DNA of 64,000 bases, taken from the sequence record LC680885.1; one strand, written 5' to 3'. This document shows, one piece after another, positions 18,392-27,332 of this stretch (its first letter is position 1; every line of letters begins with the position of its first letter). This DNA comes from Staphylococcus phage S6. The position numbers and the translations under genes are program-made. Under the pieces are notes generated by a model. It was not told the DNA's origin. It made no database searches and worked only from the letters and a program-made list of their open reading frames with translations.

Positions 18392-18808
18392 ATGAGTTCT
18401 AATTTTGATTATTATATATTGCAATCGAGTATTTCAGAAGCTAGAAAAAGGATTAAGAATAATCTAGATGTAAATGGATATATGGTTATAAGACAAATAT
18501 TTTTCAGTCATTTAGATTATAAAGATTATTATAATATGTATCATAAAGTAAATAATGTAGAAGATTATTACAATGATATTATATTAGAAAGTATTAAGGA
18601 TATTATATTTGATGAAGAAGGTAAACTTAATGAAGAAGTAGCATTTAGTTTAATTAGAGGTTCTAATTCGAATATATGTGCTTTAATTAAAGATAATAAA
18701 GGCAATTACAAAATTTATAAAAAAGATAAATATGTAATTAAAGCTATAGAAGATTTATTATCTGAGAAAGATTATAAAAGAATATTGGTTAAAAATACTT
18801 TTAAATAA
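18392..18808 (+). CDS. ENFK-tail family protein, array 1 member 7 (divergent N-terminus)
   Basis: AGAGAGGTG ribosome binding site 9 nt before the ATG. Ends DYKRILVKNTFK. An alternative GTG start lies at 18380. Confidence 0.5.
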   Translation: MSSNFDYYILQSSISEARKRIKNNLDVNGYMVIRQIFFSHLDYKDYYNMYHKVNNVEDYYNDIILESIKDIIFDEEGKLNEEVAFSLIRGSNSNICALIKDNKGNYKIYKKDKYVIKAIEDLLSEKDYKRILVKNTFK

Positions 18809-18853
18809 TTTGAAAGTGAATGCAACTTACTTTTATTATATTACAAGTGAGAG

Positions 18854-19519
18854 TTGGTGATTTTATTGATAAAAATGCATTTAATAAACTTTCAAAAAAG
18901 GTCTATGAATAGTTATAAGAAGAATTTAAACACAATTGTACTTTTCATAGATTATGATAAAAATATTTTCAACCAAATTAATAATCAATTAGTTATAGAT
19001 GTATTAGGTAATGATACTATAAGATTAAATAATGCTAATTATTCATTAATGTTAGATGAGAAGATTTTTAGTTCTGAAAGGACAACAATTGATTTCTATA
19101 ATAAAATAGTAAATAATGATATATTAAATATTATTAAAGAAAATATATCTAATGTAGATAATTATTCTAAATTAAAAGAAATCAATAATATGACTGATAG
19201 TGAATTTAATGATATTATTAATAAAGATAATTTATTTAAATGTCAAAATAAATACTTCAGTATGAATAAAATACCTTATATAGAAAAAGAAATACCTGAA
19301 AGTTTTTATCTAGATCATTTTAAAGAGATTAATTTAGATTTTATATTTGAGAAGCTTTTTGAAGAGAATAGAGAAGATGAAGAAAAATTAAAGTACGTTT
19401 ATACTTTAGCTGAATTATTTCTAACACTCAAACAAGGTAAGAATATATTTTATAATTATAATAAAGAGGTAGATAAGAAATATTATAGATCTATATTTAT
19501 AAATTCTTTATTTAATTAA
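18854..19519 (+). CDS. hypothetical protein (start uncertain: GTG 18854, ATG 18876 or ATG 18906)
   Basis: Asn/Ile/Lys-rich ORF with several in-frame candidate starts. Confidence 0.4.
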   Translation: MVILLIKMHLINFQKRSMNSYKKNLNTIVLFIDYDKNIFNQINNQLVIDVLGNDTIRLNNANYSLMLDEKIFSSERTTIDFYNKIVNNDILNIIKENISNVDNYSKLKEINNMTDSEFNDIINKDNLFKCQNKYFSMNKIPYIEKEIPESFYLDHFKEINLDFIFEKLFEENREDEEKLKYVYTLAELFLTLKQGKNIFYNYNKEVDKKYYRSIFINSLFN

Positions 19520-19520
19520 T

Positions 19521-19838
19521 ATGATAAGAAAGGAGAGAAATAATATGAAGAAAATATACGGATTTAAAATAAAATATAATAAAAAAGTGGTAGATACTTT
19601 CACTTTTGAAAGTTTTGAAGAAGCTATGAATAAACTAGAATTATCATTATTAGAAATTTATGACTCAGAAGATTTTACAACTATGCAATTAATTTTAAAC
19701 ACATATGACATTGAAGAAATTAATGAAGATAGTTTTAAAGATAAATTAAGACTAAATCATCTTAATCACATTAAGAATTTTAGTATTGAATTGTTTTCTA
19801 AATATATTAACAATAATAAGGAAGAAGGAATTGCGTAA
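19521..19838 (+). CDS. hypothetical protein
   Basis: ORF preceded by an AAGAAAGGAGAGAAATAAT ribosome binding site. Confidence 0.45.
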   Translation: MIRKERNNMKKIYGFKIKYNKKVVDTFTFESFEEAMNKLELSLLEIYDSEDFTTMQLILNTYDIEEINEDSFKDKLRLNHLNHIKNFSIELFSKYINNNKEEGIA

Positions 19839-20053
19839 TGTTCGAGGAAAGTAAAGTACCATTTTCATTTATTTATAAAGAAACTAAATACTTCTTACAC
19901 AGAAGAAATATTAAGAATTTCCCTAATGGAGATTCTGAATTCTTATTGTATGGAGATGAAAATGGGAAGTCATTCATAATAGAAGAAAGTAAATTAGAAA
20001 ACTTAATTGAACAACATGAAGTTGAAGTATCTTACGAAGAAGATATTATTTAA
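19838..20053 (+). CDS. hypothetical small protein
   Basis: Start overlaps the upstream stop (TAATG). AAGGAAGAAGGAA ribosome binding site. Confidence 0.4.
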   Translation: MFEESKVPFSFIYKETKYFLHRRNIKNFPNGDSEFLLYGDENGKSFIIEESKLENLIEQHEVEVSYEEDII

Positions 20054-20056
20054 ATA

Positions 20057-20103
20057 TATATTATTAAATTGAGGTAATGACATACAATTTGTCATTACCT
20101 CTA
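20057..20103 (+). promoter_or_regulatory. TATATATTATTAA box followed by GAGGTAA...TTACCTC hairpin (element family E)
   Basis: ATATATATTATTAAATTGAGGTAATGAC, loop, GTCATTACCTC, then TAATATATT. Lies upstream of the lipoprotein gene. Confidence 0.45.
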
Positions 20104-20134
20104 ATATATTAAACAATCAAAGGAGAAAACGATC

Positions 20135-20518
20135 ATGAAGAAATTTTTAGTATTACCATTATTATTCGTTTTATTATTAACAGGGTGCTCTCAAGCTGAT
20201 AAAGTTAGTCAGAATATGTCTGAAGAGTCAGATAATTTTAATGTAGTTAGAAAAGTAACTGTCATTAATGCAATTAAAAATGACATAATATTCCAAATGT
20301 CTGGACGTATGTCTATTAAAGCAGATAATGAGGATAACCAATTAGAAATAGTTGTAGAAAATGAAGATGGCAAATATCAGAAACATATCATTGGTTTATC
20401 TGATAATGTTTCATATACTGTTGAAGATGTTACAACTAAAAATGTAAGTAAATATCAATATGAAATTAATTATAATCCTAAAATGTGGATCCCTGCAAAA
20501 CCAGATTATAAAGATTAA
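20135..20518 (+). CDS. lipoprotein (signal peptide with LTGC lipobox)
   Basis: MKKFLVLPLLFVLLLTGCSQ is a classic Gram-positive type II signal peptide. AAAGGAGAAAA ribosome binding site. Confidence 0.6.
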   Translation: MKKFLVLPLLFVLLLTGCSQADKVSQNMSEESDNFNVVRKVTVINAIKNDIIFQMSGRMSIKADNEDNQLEIVVENEDGKYQKHIIGLSDNVSYTVEDVTTKNVSKYQYEINYNPKMWIPAKPDYKD

Positions 20519-20543
20519 TATAATAGAATGGAGAGTATGATTT

Positions 20544-20840
20544 ATGTCTAAGAAAAAGAAATTAGAAAAAAGACTTAATGTAAGAATTAATCAAGAACAA
20601 AAGAAAGCTATTTTAAAACGTGAAGATATCGATAGAATGGATTTTGAGTTCATTACATTAGATAAAGAGAAACATGATGAAGAAGAAAAATTTGATATCA
20701 AAGTAAAATCTAACGATAAGTTTTCTCTAATTATCATTATTAAATTCTTTTCTAAATTGTTGAATTTTAGTATTAAAAGAGATAAGAAAAAAGAAGATAT
20801 AAAAGACGGTAATGAAGATTCTAATTTAGATAAAGAATAA
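20544..20840 (+). CDS. hypothetical Lys/Glu-rich protein
   Basis: ORF with GGAGAG ribosome binding site. Highly charged, with a hydrophobic segment IIIIKFFSKLL. Confidence 0.45.
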   Translation: MSKKKKLEKRLNVRINQEQKKAILKREDIDRMDFEFITLDKEKHDEEEKFDIKVKSNDKFSLIIIIKFFSKLLNFSIKRDKKKEDIKDGNEDSNLDKE

Positions 20841-20847
20841 TAAAAAT

Positions 20848-20894
20848 GCCATAATACACTTAAATTGTGTATTATGGCAAATTATTTATTTTTC
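20848..20894. terminator. bidirectional terminator between convergent genes
   Basis: Stem GCCATAATACAC / GTGTATTATGGC. T-runs follow on both strands: AAATTATTTATTTTTC on plus and ATTTTTATTATTC on minus. Confidence 0.65.
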
Positions 20895-21188
20895 AGGTTT
20901 AAAACGGTCTTTAAGTCTAGGATATAGACGTAGATGCGCTTTACGAGTAGGATCTGTAACAACAATTTGATTTGTTCTAGGATTTCTACGTTTACGCATA
21001 TCTTCAGGTTTAACTTCAAGGACACCAATTTCAGGGATAATAGTTTTAGTTTGATCAGCATCATTTGCAGATTCAACAATTATTTCTATCATCTCATTAT
21101 AAGCATCAACTAGTTCTCTTTGTGTTAATCCAGTACGTCTAGACCATTCTCTAAAGAAGTGTTTTTGATCTTGAATTTGATTTAGCAT
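20886..21188 (-). CDS. HU/IHF-family (TF1-like) DNA-binding protein
   Basis: IPEIGVLEVKPEDMRKRRNPRTNQIVVTDPTRKAHLRLYPRLKDRF resembles the HU arm [28 protein letters not shown]...F.AGKALKD. This is the only minus-strand gene in the 0-44 kb block. Confidence 0.65.
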   Translation of the reverse strand: MLNQIQDQKHFFREWSRRTGLTQRELVDAYNEMIEIIVESANDADQTKTIIPEIGVLEVKPEDMRKRRNPRTNQIVVTDPTRKAHLRLYPRLKDRFKPEK

Positions 21189-21249
21189 TTTATTAGTTCC
21201 TTTCCATATAATATATTTTTAATTTTTTTAGAAAATTGTTAATATTTTA

Positions 21250-21279
21250 CTAGCTTTTTTCTAAATTTTATGATATAAT
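21250..21279 (+). promoter_or_regulatory. promoter: CTAGCTTTTTT-N13-TGaTATAAT (extended -10)
   Basis: Same box and spacing as at 4175. Lies about 100 nt upstream of the RNAP beta N-terminal gene, in a 190-bp divergent intergenic region. The minus-strand HU gene has an ATATATTATATGG box 25 nt upstream of its start. Confidence 0.45.
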
Positions 21280-21379
21280 ATTGTTATGGAATTTCATAGT
21301 TGTAAAAAAATAATTTTTTGCAATAACTTAAATTTTTATATGGTTTCGAATTTTTAATTATAAGGAGAGTCAGATATCG

Positions 21380-23002
21380 TTGGGTAATTATTTAAGAAAA
21401 ATTACGAAGAATATACAAGATGAGGTCAGTACAAAAGAGTCATTTAATGAGGATGTAATATACTTTAGGGAGAATGAAAACCTAGAAGATATTATATCTG
21501 ATATTTACAAATCAGTAGAATTTATTAAAGGCGTAAAATTCATTGATTGTAAAGTTGTTCCTCCAAGTGAAGTTTATGAGTACAATCAAATGACAGACAA
21601 ACAATTTAAAGCAAGAGATTTTAGAAAAATCAACGTAGAAGAATCAAAACTATTAGAAGTTCAAATTACTGTAGAATTTGAATCAGCTGAAGGGGAAAAA
21701 GAATTATACACACATAAATTAGATTTCCCTGAACTTATAGAAGGTCAGTATTATTATATTAATGATAATAAGTTCTTCCCTATCTTACAATTAGCTGATA
21801 CTGAATTCTATAAACCTAAAGCAAGTACAGTAGTAATGAAAAACTTATTACAACCATTATCAGTAAATGGTTCTAAAAAAGATGAACTTATTGATGATGA
21901 TAAGAAAATGCCTAAGAAGTTAAGAGGTAGAACATTATACTTAGAAGTATTTAATAAAAATAAACCTGTTCCAGCATTTTTATTCTTTATTGCTAAAATG
22001 GGTCTAGATGAAACATTTGAATTCTTAGATATTAAAGAATATTGTGAATTAGTAGATACCAACGATGAAAAAGATGATGAACACTACTATTTTAGAATTA
22101 ATAATAAAATAACTATTCAAGTTGATAAAGAATGGTTAGATCAAGACGATAGATATAGAACTTCTATGGTCTTATGTATTAAAGATTTATTTAAAGGTAT
22201 GAGAGCAGGATTAGATAAAGTATATGATAAAGAATTCTGGCTTAAGAATTTAGGATCTGTATTTAGTGGTTCTACTAACGTTGACACTAAAATTGAAAAA
22301 TCTAATTCTATGATTTTATCATTTGATAGAATTTTAGATAGTCGTACTAAAAATATTTCTAGATTAGATCCAGAAGATAAAGAATCAACTTATCATGTAG
22401 TTAAATACATGTTTAAAAACTTTGATAATCTTAATTTATTAGATAATACAGATTTAGCTAATAAACGTTTAAGAGTATTAGAATACTTAACTTATCCACT
22501 GAATAGAAAGAACTCTGATACATCTTATCGTATGATTAATTTCACAGATAAGAAACGTACAATTAAAAATCTTAAAGGATTATTCTCAGGTGTACCTCGT
22601 GATTTCTTATTAAAAACTATAGGAACATCTGAAGGAATTAGATATTCCAATGCAGTTAATACAATTGACTTATTTACTAGAATTCTTAAAATGACTAAAG
22701 CAGGTCCACAAACTGCTGTTGATACTAGTAAACCATCTATTAGAACTATTAATATCAATAATACTTATTTCGGTAGAATTGATTTAATAGCAACATCTTC
22801 AAACAATCCAGGTATTACACGTACATTAACACCATTCTGTGAGGTTAAAGATCCTGGTGAGAATGGTTCATTCTATTTTGAAAATAAACCTAACATCAGA
22901 GAAAATATTGACACAGATAATTTAGATAAACTAGAGAAAGAATCTGAAGACAATGAAGTTGTATTAGATATTAAAGAAATTGTAGAAGAGGATGACGAAT
23001 AA
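21380..23002 (+). CDS. multisubunit RNA polymerase beta subunit, N-terminal portion (putative; TTG start)
   Basis: C-terminal end LKMTKAGPQT...TYFGRIDLIATSSNNPGITRTL aligns with the beta fork/Rif-region KRRISALGPGG...[20 protein letters not shown]. Ends where the 5704 beta C-terminal fragment begins. Stop overlaps the beta-prime gene start by 1 nt. Confidence 0.45.
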   Translation: MGNYLRKITKNIQDEVSTKESFNEDVIYFRENENLEDIISDIYKSVEFIKGVKFIDCKVVPPSEVYEYNQMTDKQFKARDFRKINVEESKLLEVQITVEFESAEGEKELYTHKLDFPELIEGQYYYINDNKFFPILQLADTEFYKPKASTVVMKNLLQPLSVNGSKKDELIDDDKKMPKKLRGRTLYLEVFNKNKPVPAFLFFIAKMGLDETFEFLDIKEYCELVDTNDEKDDEHYYFRINNKITIQVDKEWLDQDDRYRTSMVLCIKDLFKGMRAGLDKVYDKEFWLKNLGSVFSGSTNVDTKIEKSNSMILSFDRILDSRTKNISRLDPEDKESTYHVVKYMFKNFDNLNLLDNTDLANKRLRVLEYLTYPLNRKNSDTSYRMINFTDKKRTIKNLKGLFSGVPRDFLLKTIGTSEGIRYSNAVNTIDLFTRILKMTKAGPQTAVDTSKPSIRTININNTYFGRIDLIATSSNNPGITRTLTPFCEVKDPGENGSFYFENKPNIRENIDTDNLDKLEKESEDNEVVLDIKEIVEEDDE

Positions 23003-24312
23003 TGGCTAGATTTTTACTTAAGAATAAAGACTTATCAAAATTACCAGTAGTAACAAATCATGAATCAATTGATAAGAAAGGTGATTTCACTGAAGACGGT
23101 ATCTTCAGTGAGAAAATCTTTGGACCTGATTCAGATGTAGATAATATTACAAATGAAGCTATAGTTTATTTAGGTAATAACTATATTATTACACCTTTAG
23201 GATATGACAGAATTAAAAAATTAATAGGTAGAAAAAGATTTGCTGAAATTATTAGTTCTGAAAAACCTATTGATGAAAATGGTAATGTAATTGAACCAGA
23301 AGATGACCATAATTCATATATTGGTTTAGTTGAATTTAGAAAGAACTTCTTAAAGATTCTTAAAGAAGAAGTTAAACGTGATAAACGTAAAACTAAAGAT
23401 TACAATAGAGTTGTTCAATGGTATTTAAATGGAACATTATTCCAAAATTATGTAACTGTATTTAGTCCTAAATTAAGACCGGCTACAGTTAATAAAGCAA
23501 CTAAGACATTTAGACATTCAGAAATTAATAAAGAATTTAATTTATTAATTGCTCATAGTAATAGTCTTAAAGAATTAGATGAACATTATACAGATGATTC
23601 AGTTGAACTACAAAAGTTAAACCTACTTAATAAAATTCAAGATGACAACATGAATATCTATGATCGTATTATCAATGAAAACATTAAAGGTAAAATGGGT
23701 ACTATTCGTAAATTAATTATGGGTAGTCGTGTAGGATATTCAGCTCGTTCAGTAATTGTTCCAGCTCCTGATTTAAAATTAAATGAAATTAGAATGAATT
23801 ATACAATCTTCTTAGAAATATACAAACCACTATTAGCTAATTTAATGTATGTAACGGAAAATATTCCATTACCTAAAGCAGAAGAAATATTAGGTAGAGC
23901 TTTAGATAACTTTAATCCTAAAGTATATAAATATATGAAAGAATTAGTTAACAAAACTGAAGGTGGAATGAGAGTAATTTTGAACCGAAATCCATCTATC
24001 TCAGAATCATCAGTTCAAATATTAAAAATTAAAGATATCATTAGTGATATTGACTCAGCTGTAGTAGGTATTAGTAATAATATACTTGCAGGTATGGGTG
24101 CTGACTATGATGGAGACACATTGAATATTATAGCTCTCTTCTCAGAAGAGCAATATGATATGTTAAAAGTACAAGATCCAGTCAATCAATTAATATCATA
24201 TAATGATGGTCTATTTAATAGAACTTATTCACTTAATAAAGACTCACAGATTGCAGTTTATTTATTAAATAATCCTAAATCAAAAGATGTAAGTATAAAA
24301 GCTAGTAAATAG
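23002..24312 (+). CDS. multisubunit RNA polymerase beta-prime subunit, N-terminal portion (split subunit, lacks zinc-finger cysteines)
   Basis: TEDGIFSEKIFGP resembles beta-prime ERDGLFCARIFGP. ILNRNPSISESSVQ resembles LLNRAPTLHRLGIQ. ADYDGDTLNI matches the catalytic NADFDGDQM. The ORF ends shortly after the catalytic loop. Confidence 0.75.
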   Translation: MARFLLKNKDLSKLPVVTNHESIDKKGDFTEDGIFSEKIFGPDSDVDNITNEAIVYLGNNYIITPLGYDRIKKLIGRKRFAEIISSEKPIDENGNVIEPEDDHNSYIGLVEFRKNFLKILKEEVKRDKRKTKDYNRVVQWYLNGTLFQNYVTVFSPKLRPATVNKATKTFRHSEINKEFNLLIAHSNSLKELDEHYTDDSVELQKLNLLNKIQDDNMNIYDRIINENIKGKMGTIRKLIMGSRVGYSARSVIVPAPDLKLNEIRMNYTIFLEIYKPLLANLMYVTENIPLPKAEEILGRALDNFNPKVYKYMKELVNKTEGGMRVILNRNPSISESSVQILKIKDIISDIDSAVVGISNNILAGMGADYDGDTLNIIALFSEEQYDMLKVQDPVNQLISYNDGLFNRTYSLNKDSQIAVYLLNNPKSKDVSIKASK

Positions 24313-24320
24313 ATTTTTTA

Positions 24321-24356
24321 GAATAACGGTCTTATCAGATCGTTATTCTTATTAAA
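24321..24356 (+). terminator. hairpin terminator (weak T-tail)
   Basis: Stem GAATAACGGTC / GATCGTTATTC, followed by TTATTAAAT. Confidence 0.35.
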
Positions 24357-24380
24357 TAAATATGACTGGAGACATTGACC

Positions 24381-25013
24381 ATGAACAAAAGACAAAGAAA
24401 GAAATTAGAGAAGAAAAAATTAGAAGAACAAAGTAACGAAAAAATTATAGATTTGCCAAAATTAAAAGAAGAAAAGGATGAAGTTAAAATGAATAAAGAA
24501 GTTAAAAGAGAAGGATCTTACAAGAAATTAACTAAGGAACAAGTACATTATATTGCAGAATTAATTGACAAAGGACACGGAAACACTTATATTTTAAAAG
24601 AACTTAAAGCTAAGTTTGGTATTGACCGTAAATCACATTCAATCACACATATTAGACGTGGTGAACATCCTACATTTAAAGCACTTACAGATGACAATTA
24701 TCACTTTGCTGAAGTGGGATATCCTACATTTAATGAATACAAAAAGATTTTACGTGGAGAAGTTAAACCTAAAAGTAAAACACGTGTAAAAGCTGAAGAA
24801 AAGGTTAATAAAGTAAAAGAATCACCAGTAGTAGAAAAAGTATCTAATGTTACAGAAGAAAAAGTAGAACAAGTAAAAGAAAAAATGAGTAATATTCAAA
24901 AAGATAAAGAAACTGGTAAAGAATATCGTGATAAAGAAAGTATTCATAAAGCAGGTAAACCTCAAGAAACTATCTTTGATAAGATTATCAAACGTGTTTT
25001 AAATATTTTATAA
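24381..25013 (+). CDS. Lys-rich protein with putative DNA-binding domain; paralog of 1390..1998
   Basis: GGAGA ribosome binding site 9 nt before the ATG (the ORF track starts at TTG 24375). Shares the IDKG..N..IL......F...I..[VI]RRG...P....L..DNY.F...GYPT segment with the 1390 ORF. Basic Lys/Glu-rich termini. Confidence 0.5.
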   Translation: MNKRQRKKLEKKKLEEQSNEKIIDLPKLKEEKDEVKMNKEVKREGSYKKLTKEQVHYIAELIDKGHGNTYILKELKAKFGIDRKSHSITHIRRGEHPTFKALTDDNYHFAEVGYPTFNEYKKILRGEVKPKSKTRVKAEEKVNKVKESPVVEKVSNVTEEKVEQVKEKMSNIQKDKETGKEYRDKESIHKAGKPQETIFDKIIKRVLNIL

Positions 25014-25031
25014 TAGAAAAGATGATAAGAA

Positions 25032-26084
25032 ATGTCCAAATATGATTTAACTTTATATCATCATTTAAAACAAGAAGTAAAACCATGTAGATTAACAACT
25101 TCACAGGATGAGACAATGATACGTTGTCCTTTCTGTGGAGATTCTAAAAAGTCTAAAAGTTCAACACATTTATATATACAAAATAGAACTCCATTTAAAT
25201 ATTTCTGTCAAAGATGTAATGCTTCTGGAGTTATGAGTAATAAAGTTTTAGCTATGTTAAATAGTGGTAATGTAGAAATAAATAGTTATATTAACAATCA
25301 ATATAATGAATATATTTCTAATATGAATAAAAAATATGGCAAATCTTTTATCAATAGAAATACAAAAGAATTAAAATACTACCCAAATAAATATACCGAT
25401 TTAGAAATAAGCAAGATTAATTATATTAATGAAAGATTGGGTATTAACATAGATGAGAAGGATATTGAATTATATAAGATTATTTTAAATATAGAAGATT
25501 TTTATAAGAATAATGAATTTGATATAGATAATCAATATCAAATAAATAATCTTAATAATAATTATTTTAGTTATATGTTGAACGATAAGAACACTATTAA
25601 TTGTAGATTAATGAATAGTGACACATTTGGGGCTAATGGGAAGAAACATTTTAAACAAAAAATATTTAAGAATTTAGCTGATGAAAGTACTAGATTTTAT
25701 TCAATTAAGAATGAATTAAGATTGGATAGAAGAGTATATAATATTCATATAGCTGAAGGATTCTTTGATATATTGGGGATATTTAATCATGTGTATAATA
25801 AAGAAATAAATGACAATGATATATTTATAGCTAATAACGGAAAAGGTTATAAATTTGTATTAAATTATCTAAATAGTTTAGGTATACTTAATATGAATAT
25901 AAATATTTATTCCGATAGAGATGTTAAAATTACTGATTATCGCAGTAAGAGAATGCTCGGTAATTCGCTACCAGTAATTTTAAATGATGCTAATATATAT
26001 TATAATGAATTTGAAGATGAGAAAGATTTTGGGGTAACAAAAGATAAAATAAAATTATCAGAACCAATTAAGTTTAATCAATAA
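25032..26084 (+). CDS. DNA primase-like protein (DnaG-type zinc ribbon plus putative TOPRIM)
   Basis: N-terminal CPFCGDSKKSKSSTHLYI...FKYFCQRCNASG resembles the DnaG zinc-binding CPFH.EKTPSF....YHCFGCG. Downstream acidic motifs HIAEGFFDILG and YSDRDVKITD are consistent with TOPRIM. Confidence 0.45.
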   Translation: MSKYDLTLYHHLKQEVKPCRLTTSQDETMIRCPFCGDSKKSKSSTHLYIQNRTPFKYFCQRCNASGVMSNKVLAMLNSGNVEINSYINNQYNEYISNMNKKYGKSFINRNTKELKYYPNKYTDLEISKINYINERLGINIDEKDIELYKIILNIEDFYKNNEFDIDNQYQINNLNNNYFSYMLNDKNTINCRLMNSDTFGANGKKHFKQKIFKNLADESTRFYSIKNELRLDRRVYNIHIAEGFFDILGIFNHVYNKEINDNDIFIANNGKGYKFVLNYLNSLGILNMNINIYSDRDVKITDYRSKRMLGNSLPVILNDANIYYNEFEDEKDFGVTKDKIKLSEPIKFNQ

Positions 26085-26140
26085 ATAAATTTATATTATA
26101 AAAGTGAGGTAATGGATATTATATTCATTACCTCTAATAT
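26083..26140 (+). promoter_or_regulatory. TTATATTATAAA box followed by GAGGTAA...TTACCTC hairpin (element family E)
   Basis: TTTATATTATAAAAGTGAGGTAATGG, 12-nt loop, ATTACCTC, then TAATATTATTTACAC. Confidence 0.4.
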
Positions 26141-26167
26141 TATTTACACTAGGAGAGTGAATTGGAT

Positions 26168-26668
26168 ATGGCAAAAGAAATTTTTAGTTCAGAAGATATT
26201 TTTAAGGATTTAACAGATTTTCACACAGAAAGTAGATTAGAGGAATTTAGTCACAAGAATATTTTAACATCTTTATTAGAAAATGCAGATAGTAAAAATA
26301 ATTTAGAAAAAATAATATTGATTCTATCTATAAATATTAATTCATCTTTAAAAAATTTAAATTCTATTGAAGATGAAATGATAGATGTTTTTAGTAAAGA
26401 AATAGATATTAAGAAAGATAAAGATAATATTGATTTGCTATTAAAAAATCTTAGAAATGTTAAAGATAATTCAAGTATGGAAGACATTAAAGAATATTTA
26501 GTATTAGAAGTATCTTTAGATGAGGTTATTGATAAAATTAATGAAGATGATTTTTATAATGAAGAAGTAAAAGATTTATATCTTAAATTCTATAATAATC
26601 TTTCTATTTTAATTATATCTTTTAAATTGTTAACATTCTATAATGGTTTTAATAATGTAGTATCTTAA
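26168..26668 (+). CDS. hypothetical protein
   Basis: GGAGAGTGAATTGGATATG initiation context. The ORF track starts at an in-frame TTG at 26162. Confidence 0.45.
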   Translation: MAKEIFSSEDIFKDLTDFHTESRLEEFSHKNILTSLLENADSKNNLEKIILILSININSSLKNLNSIEDEMIDVFSKEIDIKKDKDNIDLLLKNLRNVKDNSSMEDIKEYLVLEVSLDEVIDKINEDDFYNEEVKDLYLKFYNNLSILIISFKLLTFYNGFNNVVS

Positions 26669-26688
26669 TTAAATTTAATATAAGGAGA

Positions 26689-27318
26689 ATGATTAGAATG
26701 AGAGATAAATTTTTATTATTTGAAAATGATGATAATAGCATATATATGCTATTATCAAATTTTAAATTCAATAAAGAAATTAAAATAGATTATACACATG
26801 ATATAAAAAATATCGATGATGTTCCTAAGTATTTTAATAAAGGAATAAAGAGATTTAAAATGAGATATGACTTTCATTCAGGCCATATTATTAGACAAGA
26901 TGAATTTTACAACTACATGGATAATTTAGATGCTGATTTTAAAAATTCAAATGCTAAAGCTTTAGAGAAAATAACTTTCTCTAATCTTATTAGTGATGAT
27001 AAAATCAATATAGTATATACAGGTAAGAAAGATGATAATAATAAAATTGTAAAAACTAATATTTACTTTATTGTCCCTGTTAGTATTGCTTCTGAAGAAA
27101 TAAATTCAAATCTAATATCTTTAGATATTACAGCTATGAATAAAAGATTAAATGATGTTTATAAATCTGAAACAACTAATCAGAAACTATTAGGAATAAA
27201 ACCTAGTGTTACAAATATCAATATTATTGATAGACAAAATAAAATTATTAATGAATACTTTAGAGATATAGGAGTAGATTATAACTTTATTAATGATTTT
27301 AGTAAATCAGAAGAATAA
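26689..27318 (+). CDS. hypothetical protein
   Basis: 209-aa ORF with AAGGAGAATGATT ribosome binding site. Confidence 0.45.
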   Translation: MIRMRDKFLLFENDDNSIYMLLSNFKFNKEIKIDYTHDIKNIDDVPKYFNKGIKRFKMRYDFHSGHIIRQDEFYNYMDNLDADFKNSNAKALEKITFSNLISDDKINIVYTGKKDDNNKIVKTNIYFIVPVSIASEEINSNLISLDITAMNKRLNDVYKSETTNQKLLGIKPSVTNINIIDRQNKIINEYFRDIGVDYNFINDFSKSEE

Positions 27319-27332
27319 AGGAGGATATATTT

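Noticed and set aside
21380-24312. Beta-N/beta-prime-N as pseudogenised fragments of rpoB/rpoC
   Set aside because: The ORFs are intact and translationally coupled. Boundaries fall at the domain junctions known from split phage msRNAPs, and the beta C-terminal remainder is intact elsewhere in the window.
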